A stretch of 64,000 nucleotides of DNA, taken from the NCBI GenBank assembly GCA_965222575.1, contig OZ244958.1, positions 352,001 to 416,000 on the forward strand, written 5' to 3'. Below are positions 32,006 through 41,460 of this stretch, one piece after another. This DNA comes from Alphaproteobacteria bacterium (GTDB lineage Bacteria; Pseudomonadota; Alphaproteobacteria; G965222575). The number at the start of each line of letters is the position of its first letter. The first letter of the stretch is position 1. Both the position numbers and the translations under genes were made by a program. The notes under the pieces are model-generated. The model was not told the DNA's origin. It worked only from the letters and a program-made list of their open reading frames with translations, and did not search any database.

Positions 32006-32974
32006 GTGCCCCTCTACCCCCCCACCACTAGTACCTTAAAAAAAGTAGTAGCCCTTCTCAAAAACGGAGGCATATGCGCCTTGCCAACAGAAACAGTGTA
32101 CGGCTTAGCAGCAAGCGCTTTTCATAGTGCAGGCGTGGGAAAAATCTTTGCCCTCAAAGGGCGTCCCCTTCATAAACCACTGATTGTCCATATCGCCTCT
32201 CCTGATATCTTATCCTCTTTCGCACACCTGCCCCCCCATCTCAAAGAGACCGTTCAGTCCCTAATAGACGCCTTTTGGCCCGGCGCTCTCACCTTAGTCT
32301 TGCCATTGAAAAAACAGACGCCGCTCTCCCCTCTGGTCACAGGAGGACTAAAAACCGTAGCCGTCCGCCTGCCCGCCCACAAAATTATGCAACGTTGTCT
32401 CCACCTACTAGGTGCGCCAATAGCCGCCCCTTCCGCTAACCCTTACGGATTCCTAAGCCCCACACGCCCTGCCCATGTCTTAAAAACACTCCCCCAAGAG
32501 AGAGCGGAAGACACAGAGGGCTTGTTGATTGTCGAGGATAACACCTCTCCTTGCGGGGTTGAGTCCACTATTTTTTGCCCGCACAGACTGAAAATCTTGC
32601 GCCCGGGCAGCATTTCCTCAGAAGAGATCGCTTCAGTACTGAACAAAACCATCTCCACCCTATCCGCCACCTCAAAGAGCGCACTACCCGGGGGAGAGTG
32701 CCGCCATTATCAGCCGGCTTTTTCTCTTGTGTTAAATGTGCAACGCCCGCCTTCCGTGATGAAGGCTTCTGAGGTGTTCGTAGGGTTTGGTCCTTGTCAT
32801 CAAACAGAGTACAATTTCAGTAAGAAAGGGTGTCTGAAGGAAGCCGCAGCGAATTTTTTTTCTCTGTTACATGCCCTAGAAGACGCCGGCACAACAAAGG
32901 CTTACATTGTTCCGATTCCGCAAGAGGGGTTAGGCATCACGTTGAATGATAGGCTAAGGAGAGCTAGTGTATGA
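32006..32974 (+). CDS. tsaC: Threonylcarbamoyl-AMP synthase (Sua5 type)
   Basis: PTETVYGL, KGRP..PLIVH, AAPSAN, C-terminal SUA5 domain ending NDRLRRA. Confidence 0.92.
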   Translation: MPLYPPTTSTLKKVVALLKNGGICALPTETVYGLAASAFHSAGVGKIFALKGRPLHKPLIVHIASPDILSSFAHLPPHLKETVQSLIDAFWPGALTLVLPLKKQTPLSPLVTGGLKTVAVRLPAHKIMQRCLHLLGAPIAAPSANPYGFLSPTRPAHVLKTLPQERAEDTEGLLIVEDNTSPCGVESTIFCPHRLKILRPGSISSEEIASVLNKTISTLSATSKSALPGGECRHYQPAFSLVLNVQRPPSVMKASEVFVGFGPCHQTEYNFSKKGCLKEAAANFFSLLHALEDAGTTKAYIVPIPQEGLGITLNDRLRRASV

Positions 32975-34320
32975 GCAAAGACGCCTTTTCAGATATTTTG
33001 TCTCACCAGCAGATTTTGCCGGGGGATAGGCAGTCTTTTTGTACAGACCTGCGTGGAAAAAGCGTGCCAGCCGCTGTGATTTTACTGCCTAAAAGCACCC
33101 ACGAGGTGTCAAGGATTATCAAGCGTTGTAGCGCAAGACAATTTGCCTTGATACCCCAAGGTGGTCTGAGCGGTCTGTGCGGTGGTGCCTTGCCATCAGA
33201 GCAAGAGCATCGTCCACAAGTCATTTTGTCCCTAAAGCACCTGAACAAAATTTTAGAGTTTTGTCCCCTTAATCGGACTATTACAGCACAAAGCGGTTGC
33301 GTGCTAGAAACACTGCAAGCCGTAGTAGGCAAAAAACAACTTAAATTGCCCTTGGAAATAGGCTCCGCTAACCGCGCGCAACTAGGCGGACTCATCGCCA
33401 CTAACGCAGGCGGCCTATCAGTTCTGTCCCATGGCACCATGAGGGCGCTAACCCTAGCCCTTGAAGTCGTGCTGCCTAACGGTCATATTCTCCCCCTAAC
33501 CCCCCCCGTCCACAAAAATAACGCAGGATACGATATCAAATCCCTGTTCATAGGAAGTGAAGGAACACTAGGCGTCATTACAAAAGCCTCTCTCCTCTTG
33601 CGTAGTAAAACAAAAAAACTCGTGTACAAAGCCCTTTGGTGTCACGACTTATCAGAAGCCCTAGCAGTCTTTCACCGCTTTTACCAAAAAAACGGACACC
33701 TCTTAGAAATTGCCGAAATCTTCAACGATACAATAGCCCGTCTCGCCCACGAAGAAGGAGAGAAAGACGCCTGCCTTCTTCCGCCTGCAGGAAAACAATG
33801 GTGCCTACTCATAGGCACAATAACAGAAACACTGTTCCCCAAAGAGTTCGTCTCAGCCCCAAACCTCCTGAAAGCCCGCCTGAACTTCTCTTATGCCCAA
33901 AGACGCCGTGGTGCCTCCATTAAGCACGATATCGCCCTCCCCCTAAGTTCCCTAGACCCTACCATCAAAAGACTCACACAACGTATCATATCCCTCACGC
34001 CACAGGCTAGCATTATAATCTTCGGTCACTTAGGAGACGGTAGCCTGCATGTGAATGTCTACCCCCAAGGCCTCAAGGCGCCCACACCCCTCCCCACACA
34101 AGAAACACAACACGCTATCACCTCTATGGTGGAAGAAGAAGTCACACGGGCTCACGGCTCTTTCGCAGCAGAACACGGTATCGGACAATACAAAACAACC
34201 TCCCTAAAAAACTTGACACAAGCCCCCTACTTTTCTCTAATGAAAGCACTGAAAACACTGCTAGACCCACACAATATTCTCAACCCGGGCAAAGTGCTGC
34301 CCCTCGAAACAAAACCGTAA
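32971..34320 (+). CDS. FAD-binding oxidoreductase (GlcD/D-2-hydroxyacid dehydrogenase family)
   Basis: GGLIATNAGG, KNNAGYD...FIGSEGTLGVIT, FGHLGDGSLH, AEHGIG, DPHNILNPGK. Confidence 0.9.
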   Translation: MSKDAFSDILSHQQILPGDRQSFCTDLRGKSVPAAVILLPKSTHEVSRIIKRCSARQFALIPQGGLSGLCGGALPSEQEHRPQVILSLKHLNKILEFCPLNRTITAQSGCVLETLQAVVGKKQLKLPLEIGSANRAQLGGLIATNAGGLSVLSHGTMRALTLALEVVLPNGHILPLTPPVHKNNAGYDIKSLFIGSEGTLGVITKASLLLRSKTKKLVYKALWCHDLSEALAVFHRFYQKNGHLLEIAEIFNDTIARLAHEEGEKDACLLPPAGKQWCLLIGTITETLFPKEFVSAPNLLKARLNFSYAQRRRGASIKHDIALPLSSLDPTIKRLTQRIISLTPQASIIIFGHLGDGSLHVNVYPQGLKAPTPLPTQETQHAITSMVEEEVTRAHGSFAAEHGIGQYKTTSLKNLTQAPYFSLMKALKTLLDPHNILNPGKVLPLETKP

Positions 34321-34323
34321 GAT

Positions 34324-35094
34324 ATGTTTTCCGCCGTCCTATCTCCCGCGAAATCCTTCAACTTTTCACCCCACCCCTCTTCCCACCAATACACCATTCC
34401 ACCCTTTCTCTCTAAAGCCGATGCCCTCGCCCAATCTCTCGCCTCCCTACCCGCCAAAGAACTCCAAACCTTAATGAAAATCTCTCCAGCCCTAAGCCAA
34501 CTCAATCAAAACCGCTTCTCCTCCTTTAAGCCAAACTGCACAACACCAATTCCCCACCAAAGTCAACAAGCCATTTTTACCTTCTCAGGAGATACCTACC
34601 GCACCCTCAACCCACGCTCCTTCACCCCACGCCAACAACAACAAGCCCAAAAACAACTCACCATCCTATCCGGTCTCTACGGATGCCTGCGTCCCCTAGA
34701 CTGCATACAACCCCATCGCTTGGAAATGAGCACACGCTTCCAACAAAATGCGCCTATGTCCTCAGTCTGGCAAGACATTATCACCCCTTGGCTCAATGAA
34801 AGACTAAAAACAAGCCTAGCACTCTTAATACTCGCATCAAAAGAATACAGAAAAGCCCTCAAAAAAGAAAACATTAACAAGCCCGTCATCACCATAGACT
34901 TCCTAGTAGACAAAGGACACCAAGGACTCAAAACCATCGGCGTCATCGCAAAAAAAGCCCGCGGTCTGTTCGCCCGCTTCATTGTTCAGGAAAATCCCTC
35001 TTCAATAAAAGCCTTACAACAATTTAAGACCGAAGGATGGAGGTTTAACGCCTCCCTTACCACCCCCGAATCCCTAGTCTTCGTTCGGTACTAA
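34324..35094 (+). CDS. yaaA: YaaA/UPF0246 peroxide stress protein
   Basis: LSPAKS, ILSGLYGCLRPLD...HRLEM, AKKARG. Confidence 0.9.
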   Translation: MFSAVLSPAKSFNFSPHPSSHQYTIPPFLSKADALAQSLASLPAKELQTLMKISPALSQLNQNRFSSFKPNCTTPIPHQSQQAIFTFSGDTYRTLNPRSFTPRQQQQAQKQLTILSGLYGCLRPLDCIQPHRLEMSTRFQQNAPMSSVWQDIITPWLNERLKTSLALLILASKEYRKALKKENINKPVITIDFLVDKGHQGLKTIGVIAKKARGLFARFIVQENPSSIKALQQFKTEGWRFNASLTTPESLVFVRY

Positions 35095-35909
35095 AGCGAA
35101 ATCGAGCAATACTCCTTCGGCACAAAAATATCCACAGCCCCCAAGGGCATTGCCCCTAAGGGCGTTATTGGCAACGGAAGAGAAAGTACAAATCGCCCCC
35201 CCAAAGGACTAGTAATATCAACGGTATCCGTAAACACAATGCTATCCGCACCTTCTTCAACATCCTTCCAAGAGAGATCAGCATCCGCTACGAGTTTGTC
35301 ACTGTTATTCCCTTGTGAGAAGGTCACAGAAGCAGGAGACGTGCCAAGCGGCGTCTGTCCATTGAAGAGTACCGCATAGGCAATAGGCTTTCTTTTAGGA
35401 TAAACATTGTGAACAAGATACTCCAAGAGAAAGGCAGCAGTTTCAGGAGGCGTTGAAGAAAGCCCAATAGTCAGACTTTCTCTCGGAATAAGATAAAACT
35501 GCCCATTTTGGGGAGATTGGGCACTAACAAGAGGCTTGGAACAAAGGGGACGCCTGTTTTCATCAGCTACCACAAGATAAGCAATCTCATCCCACCCCGC
35601 CGTGGCATCTTGAATTGGTCCAAAACGGATATCATTGAGATTGGTGACATAAGCCTGTATCCTTCCGAAATGCCCCCACCCCTTTTGCTCATAGCGGACT
35701 TTTGAGAAGTTGATGCGTTGAGGCTGATAGTCCCCTTCACTGGAAAAAGCCCTACTTGCAACAGCGTCATCGCTAGACAAGTCTGTCACTGTAAGCGCGG
35801 GCTCTGTTTTTAACAGATGGGCATAGCACGCTAAAGGGGCTTGCTCCGCAATGTTGCCTTGATTACAGATCGTTAAGAGCTGGTCGCGAATCGTATTGAA
35901 AAAATTCAT
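35091..35909 (-). CDS. Hypothetical protein resembling a duplicated phage minor tail/tail-fibre module
   Basis: YQPQRINF...NDIRFGP..ATAGWDEIAYLVVAD...L...IP..SLTI resembles recalled phage tail proteins (YARQAVTF..NxxxITFPxATADWGTITHFAIFD..); a weaker second copy follows. Confidence 0.45.
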   Translation of the reverse strand: MNFFNTIRDQLLTICNQGNIAEQAPLACYAHLLKTEPALTVTDLSSDDAVASRAFSSEGDYQPQRINFSKVRYEQKGWGHFGRIQAYVTNLNDIRFGPIQDATAGWDEIAYLVVADENRRPLCSKPLVSAQSPQNGQFYLIPRESLTIGLSSTPPETAAFLLEYLVHNVYPKRKPIAYAVLFNGQTPLGTSPASVTFSQGNNSDKLVADADLSWKDVEEGADSIVFTDTVDITSPLGGRFVLSLPLPITPLGAMPLGAVDIFVPKEYCSISL

Positions 35910-36025
35910 ACCCTCCTCTTTAGGTAAGCCTCAGACCATCATAAGAAAGGAGGGGAAATCCATATTAGAGGCACTTAGAACCCTTTAGCACTACTCAAAT
36001 GAAAAGAGACCTAAAGGCCTAGAGA

Positions 36026-36375
36026 CCTTGGGGAACCCGTAAGCCGGATTCTGTTTACAATGGCTATTCCTCTAGCATCAGCCTTACAGCATGATGTCCT
36101 GCGACCTACCCGCCCTTTGCTGGAATAAAGCACTATAGGGTCCTTTGGTCTTGCTCCCGGTGGGGTTTACACTGCCTCTTTTGTTGCCAAACGAGCGGTG
36201 CGCTCTTACCGCACCATTTCACCATTGCCTAGAAACACAAAAACATGCCCTAGGCTGTTTGTTTTCTGTTGCACTTTCCCTGAGGTTCCCCTCGCCGGAC
36301 GTTAACCGGCACCGCTATTCCATGGAGTCCGGACTTTCCTCCAGATTGCTCTGGCAACCATCCAGTTTCCCAAGG
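36026..36375 (-). ncRNA. rnpB: RNase P RNA (type A)
   Basis: Reverse complement contains GAGGAAAGTCCGGACTCC, GAAAGTGCAACAGAAA, GGTAAGAGCGCACCG, ACAGAATCCGGCTTAC; terminal P1 helix CCTTGGG/CCCAAGG. Confidence 0.95.
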
Positions 36376-36509
36376 CCTCCCTTTACCCGTAACACAACAA
36401 ACAGGAAAACACAAGAGGAAGAGATGTTTTTAATTCACGCCCCTTATTCACTCACTGCTTGAAATTGTTGAGAAGGGCTAGCCCCTAAGGGGTTCCCCTA
36501 GCCAATCCC

Positions 36510-37244
36510 TTACGGATTATGAGGAATGGTTCCTCCTCTGTTTGTGTCGATATCATCTATACCATAGACAGTAATGCGCAGGGTGCCTAGTAATTTCGAG
36601 GCATCTTTAATATTATGCTTTGTTCTGTAAGCAAAAAACTTCACCGGGTCACTCACTGTTAACTTTCCATAAACTGTGATTGTCCTTGCGTCTCCAACAT
36701 TTCCCAAGGCGGGTGGGTAACTACCATGTTCAAATAGCAAATAGTTCACCTCTTTCTCAAGAGGCTTAAACACCTCCAGTGGAGCAATCTGATTCCTCCT
36801 ACTCCCAGTGGACTGCTTCAGAGTGCCCCTGCCGCTGGTTTTTTTTAAAGTTAACTCTAACGCCACTCCCGCCTCTTTCAAATTAAGAGACCCCTCAATA
36901 TATGAAACCTTTATAAATGCATAAGAGCTATAAGTTGTCGAAGTACCAAACCCCCCGAAAACTTCCACCTCCGGTGCAAAAGTGAATACCCCTACCTGTG
37001 CCCAGTTACCAACAGGAGTGGCATTCTCACATTCTGTGATTCCATTCTCGTCTAACGCACACTCAATATTTTCCCCTTGATTCAGTTGTATCGGGGTCAC
37101 AGTATAAGCCCCAAAGTTTAGGTGTGTATCTACTGTAATGTCAAGCGCCGCTGCTAAGAGGAGTTGCCCTCCTAAGAGGAAACCTCCTAGGAGGAAACCT
37201 CCTATGGCAAGGTAACTGATAGAGATTTTGAAAGTCTTTTTCAT
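36510..37244 (-). CDS. Secreted pilin/adhesin-like protein (DUF4402/SCPU-like), cassette copy 1
   Basis: Signal peptide, HLNFG, Cys pair, VYGKLTV; paralogous to 39703-40407 and 43663-44401. Fold assignment is tentative. Confidence 0.7.
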   Translation of the reverse strand: MKKTFKISISYLAIGGFLLGGFLLGGQLLLAAALDITVDTHLNFGAYTVTPIQLNQGENIECALDENGITECENATPVGNWAQVGVFTFAPEVEVFGGFGTSTTYSSYAFIKVSYIEGSLNLKEAGVALELTLKKTSGRGTLKQSTGSRRNQIAPLEVFKPLEKEVNYLLFEHGSYPPALGNVGDARTITVYGKLTVSDPVKFFAYRTKHNIKDASKLLGTLRITVYGIDDIDTNRGGTIPHNP

Positions 37245-37280
37245 TGTCTATAGGCTCCTTTGTTGATGTTGCCTATAGAC

Positions 37281-37451
37281 GGGTTGCCTATAGACGGGTT
37301 GCCTATATAATAGGACAATTCCAAGCCCCTTGTCAAGACCCCCTAGGGGGGGGAAATCCTACTCCCTACGGACTTTATTGGGGGGGGAAACCCCTCCGCA
37401 AGAGTTTACTTGGGGGCAAGCCCCTAGGGGCAACCCGTCTATAGGCAACCC
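37281..37451. repeat. Perfect 23-bp inverted repeat pair (37281-37303 / 37429-37451)
   Basis: GGGTTGCCTATAGACGGGTTGCC and GGCAACCCGTCTATAGGCAACCC are exact reverse complements. Confidence 0.9.
37307..37336 (-). promoter_or_regulatory. sigma70-like promoter of cassette 1 (TTGACA-18-TATTAT); same sequence upstream of cassette 3
   Basis: Reverse strand TTGACAaggggcttggaattgtccTATTAT; repeated at about 44441-44470. Confidence 0.65.
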
Positions 37452-37541
37452 CATGGCACTCATAAAAACTTCCTACTTGATATTCTCTCTTTTACAAGTA
37501 CTGTATAACAACAAAAGAAAATTCCTTACGCAAAGACCGGC

Positions 37542-38276
37542 ATGAGATTCCTCAGCACCTCACTTTTTGTACACCTGCTAGTGATTTGGCTCACCTACAA
37601 CGTTACCCCTACGCCCTTTGAGTTTCTACAGCAAAACATAGACCTCTCTTTCCTCCCCCTTCCCCCCCCGCCGCCGCTCCCACCAGAGAACCGACCACCG
37701 CCCCCGCCAGAAGAGCCTCCACCGCCCCCTGTTGAAGAAGAAGTGCATAGCCCTTCCATCTTGCCTGCACCGCGCCCGCCTATCAAAAAACCTTTAGGCC
37801 CGCCTCCCATTCCTAAAATCCAAGAAGTCAAAAAACCGCCCCCGCTAGAAGAACCGCCCCCTGTCAAAATTCGGACTTACTCCAAAATAGAAGACCTACT
37901 CAAAGAGACCAAGCCCCCGCCAAAGCCTACAAAAAAAATCCTCCTCCCGCAAAAACTCACAGAACAAGAAATTGTGTACTTAAAAACCCATATCCGCAAG
38001 TATTGGAAATGGCCTGAAAACATGCCTTTATCGGAACTGGAGGATGTGTATATTGTTGTCGCTTTTTCATTGAAAGAGACAGGATTATTTGCTACACTAC
38101 CCCGAGTCATAGAAAAAAGCTTTGTCTCAGAAAATCATCAGGGCTACTTGGAGGCTTTTGAACAAAGTGTCTTGCGTTCACTTTTAGGAGCCGCTCCTCT
38201 TCCAGTCCCTAGAAACAAATATACCTTATGGAAAAACATGGAATTAACCTTTTATCTACAAGAATTATTGCCATGA
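37542..38276 (+). CDS. tolA: TolA-like proline-rich membrane protein
   Basis: N-terminal TM helix, Pro-rich linker, TolA-like C-terminal domain; stop overlaps the tolB start. Confidence 0.7.
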   Translation: MRFLSTSLFVHLLVIWLTYNVTPTPFEFLQQNIDLSFLPLPPPPPLPPENRPPPPPEEPPPPPVEEEVHSPSILPAPRPPIKKPLGPPPIPKIQEVKKPPPLEEPPPVKIRTYSKIEDLLKETKPPPKPTKKILLPQKLTEQEIVYLKTHIRKYWKWPENMPLSELEDVYIVVAFSLKETGLFATLPRVIEKSFVSENHQGYLEAFEQSVLRSLLGAAPLPVPRNKYTLWKNMELTFYLQELLP

Positions 38277-39598
38277 TGGTGTGGTCTTCTTTTAAGAAAT
38301 GGCTGAAAGTCGGTTGTTATGCTCTGTTGTGCGTACACCTTCAGAGTGAAGGGGTTGTCCGTCTTCAGATTGGGTCGCCTTCGTTTTCGCCCTTCCCCAT
38401 AGGCATTGAGGATTTTCACGGAGAAGAAGAGGAGATGCGTACCATAGGGCGTGAGATATCGTCCATTGTCCGGGGGAATTTATTAAAAACGGGCTTTTTT
38501 CACCACCCCCCTCTTGAGCAGGCAGAGTCCTCCTTACAGATACCGGATTATGCTCTTTTAGAGGAGAAGGGGTTTCAGGTTCTCGCCACAGGAACAGTCA
38601 CACAAGCCGCCGGCTCAGAGATAATTGTTCTCTTTCGGCTTTGGGACATTTTTTCCAAGAGTCAACTCAAGGCTTATCGTTTTAAGGGCACTACGCGACT
38701 GGTAGCTCATAGAATATCAGATATGATCTATGAAGAGTTAACAGGACTAAAGGGGGATTTTTCCACCACAATCGCCTTTATAGCCGAAACGAAAAAAGCA
38801 AAACGCACAATCAAACGCCTAGCCCTTATGGACCAAGATGGTCATAACATACGGTACTTAACCGATGGGAGCTTCTTAGTCCTAACACCGCAATTCGCCC
38901 CCAATGGATATCTTTTGTCCTATTTTTCCTACAAAAATAAAGTGCCCCAGGTCGTCATCTTGAACTTAGAAACGCGAAAAGAAACAGTGCTAGAAGCACA
39001 AGGTATGACCTTTGCTCCTCGATTCTCCCCCGATAGCAACCGCATCGCCTTCGCGTTGGAAAAAGAAGGAAACTCTGACCTGTATTTGACCTCACTAGAC
39101 ACAGGCAAGCAGCACCGCCTCACCCGCCACTTCGGAATCGATACCTCCCCAAGCTTTAACCCAAGCGGCGAATACTTGGTCTTCAATTCCGACCGCAGTG
39201 GCGCTCCGCAGCTCTACGTCATGCACATAAAAGAAGGAAGAAGCAAAAGAATTACCTTTCGTCAAGGACACTATCTCGCACCCACTTGGTCTCCACGCGG
39301 CGACTTAATCGCCTTCACAAAACGAAAGGAGGGTGCCTTCCACTTAGGCGTTATGAGGCCAGATGGCACAGGAGAAAGACTCCTAACTTCAGGACACCTA
39401 GATGATACTCCTACCTTTTCCCCTAATGGACAGGTCTTGCTCTTCAGTCGCCTAGTGGGGAAAAGCTATCACCTGTTTTCCATAGACATTTCCGGACGCT
39501 TCTTACGCAAACACACCCTCCCCCATGAAGCCTCTGACCCCACTTGGTCTCCACGAAAAGTTGGCACTTCTCCATCCTCCTCTAGGGGGAACCCCTAG
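38273..39598 (+). CDS. tolB: Tol-Pal beta-propeller TolB
   Basis: AHRISDMIYEELTG, LALMDQDG, repeated PxFSPDG/PTWSP. Confidence 0.93.
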   Translation: MMVWSSFKKWLKVGCYALLCVHLQSEGVVRLQIGSPSFSPFPIGIEDFHGEEEEMRTIGREISSIVRGNLLKTGFFHHPPLEQAESSLQIPDYALLEEKGFQVLATGTVTQAAGSEIIVLFRLWDIFSKSQLKAYRFKGTTRLVAHRISDMIYEELTGLKGDFSTTIAFIAETKKAKRTIKRLALMDQDGHNIRYLTDGSFLVLTPQFAPNGYLLSYFSYKNKVPQVVILNLETRKETVLEAQGMTFAPRFSPDSNRIAFALEKEGNSDLYLTSLDTGKQHRLTRHFGIDTSPSFNPSGEYLVFNSDRSGAPQLYVMHIKEGRSKRITFRQGHYLAPTWSPRGDLIAFTKRKEGAFHLGVMRPDGTGERLLTSGHLDDTPTFSPNGQVLLFSRLVGKSYHLFSIDISGRFLRKHTLPHEASDPTWSPRKVGTSPSSSRGNP

Positions 39599-39666
39599 GG
39601 GCTAGGGGGCTAGCCCCCCCCTAAAGGTCAAGAAAGTCCCCCACGCACCCTAAGTGTGCTTAAAAA

Positions 39667-39705
39667 CTTGAAGCTTGAAGCTTGTCGCTTGAAGCTTGTC
39701 GCTTA
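39667..39705. repeat. Short 14-bp tandem repeat (GCTTGAAGCTTGTC) abutting the stop codon of cassette 2
   Basis: cttgaagcttgaagcttgtcgcttgaagcttgtcgctta. Confidence 0.8.
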
Positions 39706-40407
39706 ATCGGTTGATGGAAATAAGTCCTTATGCTCACTATTAACCTCAAAAGCCAATGTGCCTAGTAATTTCGAGGCATCTTTAATATTATGCTTTGTTC
39801 TGTAAGCAAAAAACTTCAACGGGTCACTCACTATTAACTTCCCATAAACTTTGATTGTCTTTGGGGCGCTAGCGAGGATTGCACTTCTGTATACAAAACT
39901 ACCATCGATATACGCTAAATATGCCACCGGTGACTCAAGGGGCTTAAACACCGCCAGTGTAGTGTTAGTAGTCCCTCCAGAAAACAACGTATACAGCCCG
40001 CGCGTTGCATAAAAATGTAACTCTAACTCCACCCCTGCCTCTTTCAAATTAACAGACCCCTCAATATACGAAACCTTCATATATACAGTCTGCACCCGAT
40101 AGTCGGTGGGGTAAAGTCTTATAGAATCCGGCGAAATAGTGAATTCCCCTACCTGTGCCCAATCCCCGTAAGGAGTGGCATTCTTACATTCTGTGGTGTT
40201 GGCGTCATCACGCTTTAAGTCACACTCAATATTTTCCCCTTGATTGAGTTGTATTGGGGTCACAGTATAAGCCCCAAAGTTTAGGTGTGAAACTACGGCA
40301 ATGTCAGGCTCCACTGCTAAGAGGAGTTGCCCTCCTAAGAGGAAACCTCCTAGGAGGAAACCTCCTATGGCAAGGTAACTGATAGAGATTTTGAAAGTCT
40401 TTTTCAT
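39703..40407 (-). CDS. Secreted pilin/adhesin-like protein, cassette copy 2
   Basis: Signal peptide identical to copy 1; same conserved blocks; divergent intervening segments. Confidence 0.7.
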   Translation of the reverse strand: MKKTFKISISYLAIGGFLLGGFLLGGQLLLAVEPDIAVVSHLNFGAYTVTPIQLNQGENIECDLKRDDANTTECKNATPYGDWAQVGEFTISPDSIRLYPTDYRVQTVYMKVSYIEGSVNLKEAGVELELHFYATRGLYTLFSGGTTNTTLAVFKPLESPVAYLAYIDGSFVYRSAILASAPKTIKVYGKLIVSDPLKFFAYRTKHNIKDASKLLGTLAFEVNSEHKDLFPSTD

Positions 40408-40718
40408 TGTCTATAGGCTCCTTTGTTGATGTTGCCTATAGACGGGTTGCCTATAGACGGGTTGCCTATACGGGTTGGACAATTCCAAGCCCCTTGTCAA
40501 GACCCCCTAGGGGGGGAAAAAACCCTAGGGGGCCTATAGAAAACCCTAGGGGGCTAGCCCCTCCGCAAGAGTTTACTTGGGGGCTAGCCCCTAGGGGCAA
40601 CCCCCTAGGGAGAACCCCCCCCTACACCAACTTCAGAAAGCTCAATCACAAGAGGAAGAGTCCTTGAGTAGAGACAGTAAGTTTGTTAAAGTCTTTTAAG
40701 GGAAGACTTTCTGTTATG

Positions 40719-41432
40719 ATGGCTGGTCATTCAAAATTTAAGAACATTATGCACCGTAAGGGGGCACAAGATGCGAAACGCGGAAAGGCGTTTGCGCGTA
40801 CTGTACGCAACATTACCATAGCCGCACGCTCAAACCCAGACCCCAATACTAATGCCGCCTTGCGAACAGCTATCAGTGTTGCGAAAACGCTCAACATGCC
40901 AAAGGACAATATAGAAAAGGCTATTATGAGTGCTACGCTGAAAGAGAGTCAGGATTTAGAGTCTGTCATTTATGAGGGCTATGGCCCCGGGGGGGTGGCT
41001 TTGATGATAGAAGCTGTAACCGATAACAAAAACCGCACAGTGAGTATGGTGCGGTCTACACTTTCAAAATATGGAGGGACTCTAGGGGAAACAGGCAGTG
41101 TGCGGTTTTTATTTGACAGATTAGGGCTAATCACCTATCAAAAGCCTACCATAGAGGATTTTGAGACCTTTTTTGATACAGCCTGCCGCCAGGGGGCTTA
41201 TGATTGCTCAATGGAAGAACACACCATTGAGGTGCTGTCTTTGCCAGGGGATTTTCACTCCTTACTCACCTCCTTAGAGGAGACCTTCGGCTCTCCGCAA
41301 CAGGCTTCTTTAACATGGATTGCGAAAACCCAACTGCCTGCCCTAGACGAAAAACAGAGCCAACAACTGGAAAAAATCTTTGAAAAATTAGAGGAAAATA
41401 ACGATATACAAAATATTTGTGTTAATCTATAA
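40719..41432 (+). CDS. yebC: YebC/PmpR family protein
   Basis: MAGHSKFKNIMHRKGAQDAKRGK, YEGYGPGG, TDNKNRT. Confidence 0.95.
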   Translation: MAGHSKFKNIMHRKGAQDAKRGKAFARTVRNITIAARSNPDPNTNAALRTAISVAKTLNMPKDNIEKAIMSATLKESQDLESVIYEGYGPGGVALMIEAVTDNKNRTVSMVRSTLSKYGGTLGETGSVRFLFDRLGLITYQKPTIEDFETFFDTACRQGAYDCSMEEHTIEVLSLPGDFHSLLTSLEETFGSPQQASLTWIAKTQLPALDEKQSQQLEKIFEKLEENNDIQNICVNL

Positions 41433-41460
41433 CCCATTCATGAGGAGAACTAGACTAAAG

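Noticed and set aside
36145-36462. 105-aa ORF
   Set aside because: Antisense to rnpB.
37244-37545. Small ORFs in cassette upstream regions (also 40407-40667)
   Set aside because: Translations of repeat and palindrome DNA, not conserved in frame between copies.
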